Below are positions 1 to 7,356 of a stretch of DNA of 10,269 bases, one piece after another (position 1 is the stretch's first letter; every line of letters begins with the position of its first letter). The position numbers and the translations under genes were made by a program. The notes under the pieces were generated by a model. The model was not told the DNA's origin, searched no databases, and was given only the letters and a program-made list of their open reading frames with translations. The DNA comes from Amoeboradix gromovi X-113. Lineage: Eukaryota > Fungi > Sanchytriomycota. The DNA lies in assembly GCA_018985225.1 (NCBI GenBank), contig JADGIF010000351.1, forward strand, positions 1-10,269, written 5' to 3'.

Positions 1-170
1 TTGTGCAAATATCTCTTTCCTGGCGTCGAAAGACATCTGACTGTTCAATGTTTGGACCAGTTCCTCAGTGTTGATGAATTTATGCTGTGCCTGTTAGTTA
101 TTTCTTTAGATATGATATATTCGGGATTACAACCACTAACTCCATGAAGAATATCGAGTACTTGAGCCAT
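1..170 (-). CDS. Possible 5' end of a hypothetical gene running off the left edge (exon 170-141, putative 50-nt intron 140-91, exon 90-<1)
   Basis: ATG at 170-168 gives MAQVLDILHG. Removing gttagt...ctaacag (140-91, with a CTAAC branch-like motif next to the AG) continues in frame as AQHKFINTEELVQTLNSQMSFDARKEIFAQ, open to the window edge. No homology recognised. Confidence 0.35.
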
Positions 171-572
171 GGAAAAATCTGGAGAAGTCATGAAATTATA
201 TAAAAACGCACACAAATTCGCGACAAATGATTATTCAAGAAAACAATCGAGCTGCTTTCTTTTTCCGCATGCTGCAATAACTATATCAGTTGTCTCTATA
301 ATCGTCATCAAGTCAGTAAATCGTTTCTTTCACTTTGTGGCTTGTTGTATGCATCGTCGAATTATCGTTGTATTTATCTTGTTATCCAGTGTCTTTCTCA
401 AGACAAGATCGGTCTTTCTTAACATTGCAGCTTTTACTGAAATGATAGTGGTATTTTAGTATCCGTATAGACGCTATACATTTCAGTCTATGCACTTCTT
501 TGGAATTGTATCTCTTGTGCCTGAAGTTTTTCTTGGATCATTCTTTACCCCCTTGTCCGCTTTACATAGATC

Positions 573-1226
573 ATGTCCCAGTTGATTTCCCCATCATTAA
601 AGTTTGTTTTCAACCCTGTGAATAGTGTGAATATATATCTTAATGTTCAGTACTCCAGTGGTAATTACTTCCTATCGGACAACAATCAAGTTGATTTTAT
701 CTTCGACGATAGAAAGGAGTTATTAAAAACTCTATTGCTTCTAATTCAAAATCTGTCAAATTACACAACTCAAAATCAGAAGGCGATGTGTAAGGTTTAT
801 TTGGTACTGCCTCGTGACAAATTGGAAGACGGCTTACGTTTTTATGATCCATATATCTCAGCTTTGTTAAATACATTTAATTCTCCACCAGCAGATGGAC
901 AAATAGCCTCATATGTCTCTTATCTAAATGATTTACCTAACACATTGCCAAAGTATTCGCCCTCTGGCTTGTACTTCAAATCAGTTAGTGAATATGATTT
1001 GTGCTTTATTGCATTTTCTACCCAGACATCCTTCAAAATTCAGACTGTAGTTGATATTCAGAGCACCTTTTATGTCCTCGATATGGTTTTCAACTCTCAA
1101 AAGTTTAATCTTAAAGCAGTCGGTGAAGTTCAGTTCAATATATACAATAACACCAGTTTAATGCTTCGTTGTATGCTTCCTCTGAACGAATGTGAAATTC
1201 TTAGTTTAAAAATGAAAACTACTTAA
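573..1226 (+). CDS. Hypothetical protein (~217 aa; true 5' end uncertain)
   Basis: 654-nt ORF in AT-rich DNA whose stop TAA (1224-1226) overlaps AATAAA (1225-1230). An alternative 5' structure is possible: an open frame at 449-601 joins in frame through a 49-nt gtttgt...cttaatgttcag intron (602-650). No recognisable domain. Confidence 0.6.
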   Translation: MSQLISPSLKFVFNPVNSVNIYLNVQYSSGNYFLSDNNQVDFIFDDRKELLKTLLLLIQNLSNYTTQNQKAMCKVYLVLPRDKLEDGLRFYDPYISALLNTFNSPPADGQIASYVSYLNDLPNTLPKYSPSGLYFKSVSEYDLCFIAFSTQTSFKIQTVVDIQSTFYVLDMVFNSQKFNLKAVGEVQFNIYNNTSLMLRCMLPLNECEILSLKMKTT

Positions 1227-1235
1227 TAAACAAAT

Positions 1236-1490
1236 TTATTTCATAGCTTTTGACTTGTTAAAGCCATGTCTTTGTACCAAATCAAATATTTTCACAGTGA
1301 AGCTGAAAAACCAGTCGATATTTTGCATTAGAAATGTAAAAGATCACTACTCTAAGGTGATTTCGAATAGTAATGCATAGATTTTAAATATGGACTTGCG
1401 AATTTCTGAATCACGCATATCTATACCTTCAGGCAGAGCAGCAGGTTCGTGGTAAATGGACGCTTTAGAGTATTTCAAGCAACCAAACAT
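1236..1490 (-). CDS. Putative small spliced gene (68 aa; exons 1490-1351 and 1302-1236), absent from the ORF track
   Basis: ATG at 1490. The frame is broken only by adjacent TAG TGA lying inside a 48-nt gtagtg...ctaat...tttttcag intron candidate (1350-1303). The final TAA overlaps a minus-strand AATAAA (1240-1235) that faces the AATAAA of the convergent gene. Confidence 0.35.
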
Positions 1491-1558
1491 ATTTTCGAGT
1501 TAAATGTGTTTATTATAAGTACCTTCTTTGGTTAATAAAGCTAGTCTTATTTGGCCAT

Positions 1559-4178
1559 TTACTGCAGTATTTTGTCTAATTTCAAATTATACTCATTCGC
1601 TATTTCTTCGTTGTAAAATATCGGTATCAGTCCACTTTCCAGCAGCAATTCTTTCAGTTTGCTATCCTTGAACAGAGTACCTTCCACTATGATACCTAGC
1701 AAATTGCTATGTTTCGCGAACCACAATGCATCCTGCAACGATGAACATCTCGTATCTGCTGGTTTGTTTTCAAATACTTCTATTTCCTGCTTCAACAGCT
1801 CTTTATTTATCTCATAATGCGGAATTCGGTATGTGGGATATCCCAGCCTAGTGCTAAAGAATACAGGATCTAAGTTAATTTGAATTACAGTTTGGCTGTT
1901 TCCAATTCAGTGACATGCAAACATTTGGATTAAAGCTACTAAATATCACATTCTTGGTGTATTCGTACACTTCCATCAGCACCAAATCTACAAATTCATT
2001 GATGTCGAGTTTACTGTATTTGTGTAGCACCAGCAGCTCATTATGATTAAGCATGAATAACTCAACATGTATGTTGTCGCTACAATCAATTAGATAGTCT
2101 CTTAGCGACATGCCTAGCTCAAAGGCTTTAAACTGCTCAAAAGTCACATCGCTCACTAGAACATCCAACGCTTTGTTATTTATCTTTACCGGCAAGAATA
2201 TGAAATCAAACACTACAGGAACTAGGTCTCTGGTCAGCTGAACTCTTATGTTGGTATAGCTCGACTGCAAGCTACTACTACCTAGTGGAGTGGAATTGTT
2301 TAATGTGGCAGATTTCCAGTATGTTAAAGCGTTGTTGTTTATTTTTATAGGAGATATTATTGTGTATTCTACGTATAACTGCCCTACTAGTTTCTGCTTT
2401 TGGTATAGTTGAACAGAACTAGTGTTGTTGCCACATTTATTTAAATTCATTTGCCCACTTGCCATCATTACATCTCCATAGCTAGGATACACTATAAACT
2501 GTATAGTTTCTAGTTGTGCACACCTTATTCTATAAATACTTCTGTTCAGATCATCATTTTGCAGCGATATTTGAAATGGCAGTTGGTTAGGCATTTGTAT
2601 TTCTATCCTTACGTGCCTCATAAAGTGTTCATCGTGGGCTAGTCTCAATGCTTTGTGTTGCGCGTATGACCCTAATCGTAATTCCAACAAATACTCTGAC
2701 TGTAAATATGTGTGTCCATACAATCTAAATGGCAACAATGGAGGTGGCAGATTTAACAGCGGAATATCATTGTTTGTAGATTGTATAGTAGGTGTAACAG
2801 CAGGCGAGCACTTCGATACTGGTTCCAATAACTGGGCAATCTTTAAGTGACCTCTATAATATGCGTGATTTATTGCCATCCAGTTGGATTCATCCAGTAA
2901 TAAAGGATCTGCGTTTTTGCTTAGCAACATGTAGGTACACTCATAATGACCTTGTATAGCAGCGTACATCATTGCAGTATACCCATAGTTGTCATATTCA
3001 TTAAGGTTTGTACAGTAATCCAACAAATGCTCAAGAACATCTAGATGGCCAAACCTACAGCAGATATGGATTGGATGCTGGCCATTAAATGATTCTACCT
3101 TGTACTTCAACAACAGCAGTTTGACCATTTCTAAATTTCCTTTATTGCATGCCATTAATAAAGGAGTTGTGGCAGAGTGTTGTGGGATTGTTGTATCTTT
3201 AAAAAGAGAAATTAAAGGACATTTATTGTTCTTGATGACATATAACAACGGAGTATACCTGTCCCTATCCAATAGATCGCTTGAACTAAGTGATAGCAAA
3301 TATTCGGTAGCTTCAATATGGCCCTCCATTCCTGTATAATGCAGACAGGTTCTACCGTAAAAATCCTTCATATAAACATCGGCATCATGATTTATAAGCA
3401 CTTTTAATAAATCTGTTCTTCCTTGAATTGCAGCAACATGAATAATCCCACGATAATGAACATCGTCTCGAATGTTGTTGATGTTAATATTGCAGAGTAG
3501 TTTAGTAATTAGCTCCAGAGAAAATGAACAAATAAAAGACAATAACACCTTGCCAATTACATCTACACTAAGGGAGAGCAAAAAAGACTCTAAATGTGTA
3601 CTATTAATTAAACCTTTTACAGCATGGAGAATCGTGATGTCTATGTTGTTGTGAATTTCATGGTTATAAACAGAATCGACGTCGAGATGTTCATCATACT
3701 CATTTATGGTTTCTAATTGATGGTTGATGGTATTTGCAATGTCAACCAGCTTGTTATCAAAACAAGGTTGGACATCAATCTGACGAGTCAAGTAAAGTTC
3801 TTTGACATTTGATTTACTACGCTTGTCCCACTTTTTAAGAATTTTGATGAACCCTGTTTGATTTAAAGTTATAAATTGTTGCAACTTATCTAGCTCGTTT
3901 AAAAGTGAATTATAAGCTTCTAAAAGAGATGATTTACCATGATTAACGCTGAGTTTCTGCAAAGTGCTGAGTCTTTGAAGCATCAGGGATTCCTGTTCAA
4001 GATAAAACGTGTTGACTTTATGAAGCTCACTCTGAAGTAGAATGAAAAATGACTGTCTAACTGTTTCCTTATCCTGGCTTTGCAGTTTGGATATTAGTTT
4101 TTTCAGTTGCTTATAATCCATATAATAAATCGTATATTCAGACAGAGACTCTTCTAACAACGTTTTTGCAAATTTCAT
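1559..4178 (-). CDS. PHO81: PHO81/NUC-2-like CDK inhibitor: SPX + ankyrin repeats + degenerate GDPD-like domain (~866 aa; exons 4178-1889 and 1869-1559)
   Basis: SPX motifs MKFAK, YMDYKQLKKLI and LNQTGFIKILKKWDKR. Ankyrin repeats (GRTCLHY, TPLLMAC, GYTAMMYAA). PHO81-type IPLLNLPPPLLPFRLYGHTYL and TYWKS...SSL...VQLTRDLVPV, without the catalytic HRG seen in GDE1. Removing the 19-nt intron restores KQPNYPVFF and joins DTRCSSLQDALWFAKHSNLLG in frame. The extreme 3' end is uncertain. Confidence 0.88.
1870..1888 (-). other. 19-nt spliceosomal intron (gtaattcaaattaacttag)
   Basis: GT...AG with TTAAC branch motif. Removal fuses the 767-aa and 78-aa ORFs in frame and rebuilds the conserved KQPNYPVFF motif. 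Confidence 0.88.
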
Positions 4179-4195
4179 TCAATATCTTTGTTTTA

Positions 4196-4625
4196 CCCGA
4201 GTAGTTCTCCTCATTAAAAGTCGTGGTGCCCCAGAAAATCTATAATTTCCACACAGAAACGGACAAAGTCGATTTTTCACTATTCTACTACTTTGAGATG
4301 GGGCTGAAAAGGGATAAATTTATTTCAAATATTTAATCTATTCTATAGCTACAAAAACGCTTGATGATCTTTCTTTTTATCAACTGCATTTTTATTTGGA
4401 ACTAAGTAGTGACCATGTGGCAGCAAGGACCATATGGGACGCACTCTGTGATAACAAGACTATCTCGAAAGTTTCAAAAAAGTAAAATTGATATCTTTGG
4501 ATACAGACAATCAAGAGGTACCCATTGATCCTTGTTTGGTGTTTATAAGAGTAAAACTCTTGAAATGGTTAGTTATCATAAGCAACTTTGGTATTACTTG
4601 GTGAAAACAAGACTAGGATTGGTTT
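4196..4625 (+). repeat. Left imperfect terminal inverted repeat arm
   Basis: Contains ctcctcattaaaagtcgtgg, tgagatggggctgaaaagggata, atatgggacgcactctgtgat and tgaaaacaagactaggattggttt, each reverse-complementary to a block in 6795-7040. Confidence 0.85.
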
Positions 4626-4832
4626 CATCCAAATTGCTCTGTGAAACTCAAACTAGAATGTAAAAATTGATCTAACAAACTGAAAAGTAAAATGAGTTTG
4701 ATTACCTTCATTGAATTCATTTACCTCTTCAATAAGTGTTAGCGGCAGTCACAATATTGCAAGAAAGTAAATACAACCAAATTTACATCATTATCATGTA
4801 ACTTTCTCAATATTGCTAGTAAAACAGGGAAG

Positions 4833-6581
4833 ATGAAGGTTTTTGCAAAGCTTCCATATCGAGAGCATGTTAAAGAAATAGATATTATGGATGACGAGTG
4901 CGCCACAATGAGAAAAGCGATTAAATCCAACTTTGAAGAACTCAAGCACGTAAAATTGTCAGATATTACATTCGACGGATTTGTGAGAAAGGGCAAATTA
5001 TCAGCAAAGTTTTACAATGATCATGATAAGCCAGATAATGCATTAATCGTTAAAGTTAAATCTATGTTGGCGAACCCAGTGGCAAATGTAGAACTTTTTA
5101 CAGCTGATGGCCACCTAGCACAAACTGCGACATTATTAAATGTCAACCCTAAGATTTATGTCAGGCATTGCTACAGAGAGATTTGGCAGTCTTTCAAGGA
5201 ATATGAGCGTAAGAGATTGAAAGATCAAATTAATCACCCTCAAATGATCGCTCGTGCCTTTCTAACGGGTACTCCAGGAATTGGAAAGACTGCATTTCTT
5301 CCTTATTTCATCAACAAAATGTTGAAAGAGAATAGACAGGTGATGTTTGGATCTCGAGATTTTGGAGGATTTATTTATTGGAAATCAAAGGACATTTATG
5401 AACGCATCAAAGAGGAAGACATCAGCCCTTACCTGACTGATAGAAATATTTTCTTTTTAATGGATTCTAGAGATATTCACAATACATTGGGACCCTGTAT
5501 AATTTGCTCATCTCCAAGATCAGATATTGCTCAACAATTCCGTAAAAGTGCACTTAAACTTTTTATGCCAGTATGGGAATGGCATGAGATCCAGTCTCTT
5601 CACCAGGAAATTTATTCAGATATAATAACTGTCCGTCAGCTTTATACAAGATTTCATTTAATTGGTGGTGTACCTCGTTATTTGTTTGAGAATCTTGAAG
5701 ATATGGCTGCTGCTATTTTACATAATGCGCTCACAAAGAGTGATACTTCACATCTTCAAAGACTATTTGAATCCAAAGGTGAAGCTGGTGAAGAAGTGTC
5801 TCATCGATTGATTCATTTAAACAGCTCGAATGACACCAAACCATCCTGGGGTCAATATTCTCTTTCATATTCTTCTGATTTTGTATCTATCATGGTAGCT
5901 AATAAATATCAAAAAGTAAGACGTGATATGGTTATTCAATGGCTAGATGAGACATCTGACATCGGAAAGGCAGGTGGTTTACGTGGTAACTTATTTAAGG
6001 GTATTGGACATCTGCAAATCAAAAAGGGAAGTTTTTTTTGTAAAAGTCTTGAAAGTGTTGATGTCACACAAACTATCGAGCCTTCCTGTACAAGCATAAA
6101 AATTGTGGGTCAGCAAGACGTTACTCAGTCAGTATGGGCGCCCGATATTTATTACAAGCCATTATCCAAGATCTTTGAATGTGTTGATTCTTGGATTATG
6201 ATAAATGGAGAATTATGGGCTTTTCAATTCACAGTGTCTCATGATCACAAAATATCAAGTGCTTTGTATTGGTACTTTTTGAATTGGAATTTGAAGCATT
6301 ATGTGACTGTTGTGTATGATGGGAATAAATTTAAAAACTATAAAAAGGCCAATATCAAGTTATCTAAAAATGCGCCTTATAATAGTATAACAGAAGCCCC
6401 TGAAGGGTATGATGTACAGCAACATGTCTTGCTGCTCGATTGTAGTCAAAAATTTAGTATCAATGATTTATGGGAAATACAAAAGATAGAATTAGAATAT
6501 GCTGTAGGGATATTTGCAGAAACAGAGGGCGATAATGTAAAGGATGAGATTGAAGCATTTACCCGTGTTATCTCGACTTGA
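4833..6581 (+). CDS. Crinkler/RHS (CR)-family protein: putative ubiquitin-like header + P-loop NTPase + PD-(D/E)xK-like REase domain (582 aa)
   Basis: N-terminal ~75-aa header ending in DNALIVKV, then IYVRHCY, Walker A GTPGIGKT (5268-5291), Walker B FFLMD, CSSP, FMPVW..EI, GGVPRYLF and SHRLIH. The C-terminal GNLF.G..H / YYKP...F..VDS / FQFTVS..H pattern is typical of CR-REase domains. The ORF is uninterrupted, with AATAAA at 6589-6594. Confidence 0.82.
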   Translation: MKVFAKLPYREHVKEIDIMDDECATMRKAIKSNFEELKHVKLSDITFDGFVRKGKLSAKFYNDHDKPDNALIVKVKSMLANPVANVELFTADGHLAQTATLLNVNPKIYVRHCYREIWQSFKEYERKRLKDQINHPQMIARAFLTGTPGIGKTAFLPYFINKMLKENRQVMFGSRDFGGFIYWKSKDIYERIKEEDISPYLTDRNIFFLMDSRDIHNTLGPCIICSSPRSDIAQQFRKSALKLFMPVWEWHEIQSLHQEIYSDIITVRQLYTRFHLIGGVPRYLFENLEDMAAAILHNALTKSDTSHLQRLFESKGEAGEEVSHRLIHLNSSNDTKPSWGQYSLSYSSDFVSIMVANKYQKVRRDMVIQWLDETSDIGKAGGLRGNLFKGIGHLQIKKGSFFCKSLESVDVTQTIEPSCTSIKIVGQQDVTQSVWAPDIYYKPLSKIFECVDSWIMINGELWAFQFTVSHDHKISSALYWYFLNWNLKHYVTVVYDGNKFKNYKKANIKLSKNAPYNSITEAPEGYDVQQHVLLLDCSQKFSINDLWEIQKIELEYAVGIFAETEGDNVKDEIEAFTRVIST

Positions 6582-6794
6582 ATTAGCTAATAAACATTGT
6601 AATACTAACATTTGATATGAGATTCTTGTTTTGATCATAAACACCAGACAAATAATGAGTGTTGTTTTGAATTTAATGTTATGCTCAATCTTATCTCTGT
6701 TAAATGATAAAAATGGATTTCAAAAATTAAATGGACAAAAGTACCAAACAAAAATTCCTTGTTAAATAGATCCTGGTCTAATTTTTACTTAGCA

Positions 6795-7060
6795 AAACGA
6801 ATCCTAGTCTTGTTTTCATAGTGTAAACGTGATGTTGGCTTAAAATCAATGTTTCTCAATAACTTTATTTTCACCCTAGTCTAAAAATCATAGAGTGCGT
6901 CCCATATATTTATATATCCCTATTCAATCCCATCTCAGGGTACCGGAAGCATGTGCCACCGCTGTAACGAAGTTGCTGGTTTTGCAAGTATCTCTATGCA
7001 AATTTTTGATTTTTTAAAAGCCAGGACTTTTAATGAGGAGTAAACTTACTTGAGTGACAA
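6795..7060 (-). repeat. Right imperfect terminal inverted repeat arm
   Basis: aaacgaatcctagtcttgttttca, atcatagagtgcgtcccatat, tatccctattcaatcccatctca and ccaggacttttaatgaggag mirror the left-arm blocks in nested order. Confidence 0.85.
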
Positions 7061-7356
7061 AACTCATGTAATAACTAAATTTGTTTTATTCAACTAGAAC
7101 TAGCTAATATGACAATCTGTAAAGTTTACTCACAATGGCAAAACTATGACAAGCATATAGCAGGTATTTCTACGAGTTTGTGCCAAATAATTTTCTCGTC
7201 TATAAAGAATAGACTCCTACTTGTTAGGAAATCGCATAACTTAATTTACGTCTCTATCATAGGCAATACGATGGGCTTATCTGTGGTCCTTGCCTTTTAA
7301 AAAACAGTAGGGCTACCTTTGAAGTGAAATGAAAGACAGTTTTTAACTGAAACGTT

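Larger units (their letters stand above)
4196..7060. mobile_element. Putative TIR DNA transposon-like element carrying a Crinkler/RHS-type NTPase-REase gene
   Basis: Colinear inverted blocks (left/right, identity counted by eye): 4207-4226/7021-7040 (19/20), 4233-4267/6981-7015 (25/35), 4294-4316/6915-6937 (20/23), 4432-4462/6877-6907 (26/31), 4602-4625/6795-6818 (23/24). Exact termini are uncertain by ~10-25 nt. Confidence 0.72.

Noticed and set aside
169-459. 96-aa + strand ORF
   Set aside because: No recognisable motif, its start overlaps the opposite-strand ATG, and no consistent splice path to the 573 ORF was found. Region 170-570 remains unresolved.
2653-3654. Three short + strand ORFs (2653-2850, 3100-3339, 3472-3654)
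   Set aside because: Antisense shadows of the PHO81 coding sequence.
1559-4178. GDE1 (active glycerophosphodiesterase) assignment
   Set aside because: The catalytic HRG and E-x-D motifs are absent, and the PHO81-type LPPP..PFR.YGH motif is present.
4692-4832. Upstream in-frame ATG (MSLITFIEFIYLFNKC*) as a signal-peptide extension of the CR protein
   Set aside because: Separated by TAG at 4740-4742 with no convincing intron to remove it, and the header domain plausibly starts at 4833.
4739-4996. 85-aa - strand ORF
   Set aside because: Antisense overlap with the CR gene and no motifs.
7085-7300. 63-aa + ORF (7109-7300), or a small spliced - strand gene ending at TGA/AATAAA near 7090
   Set aside because: No homology, and no stop-free exon chain could be built with confidence.
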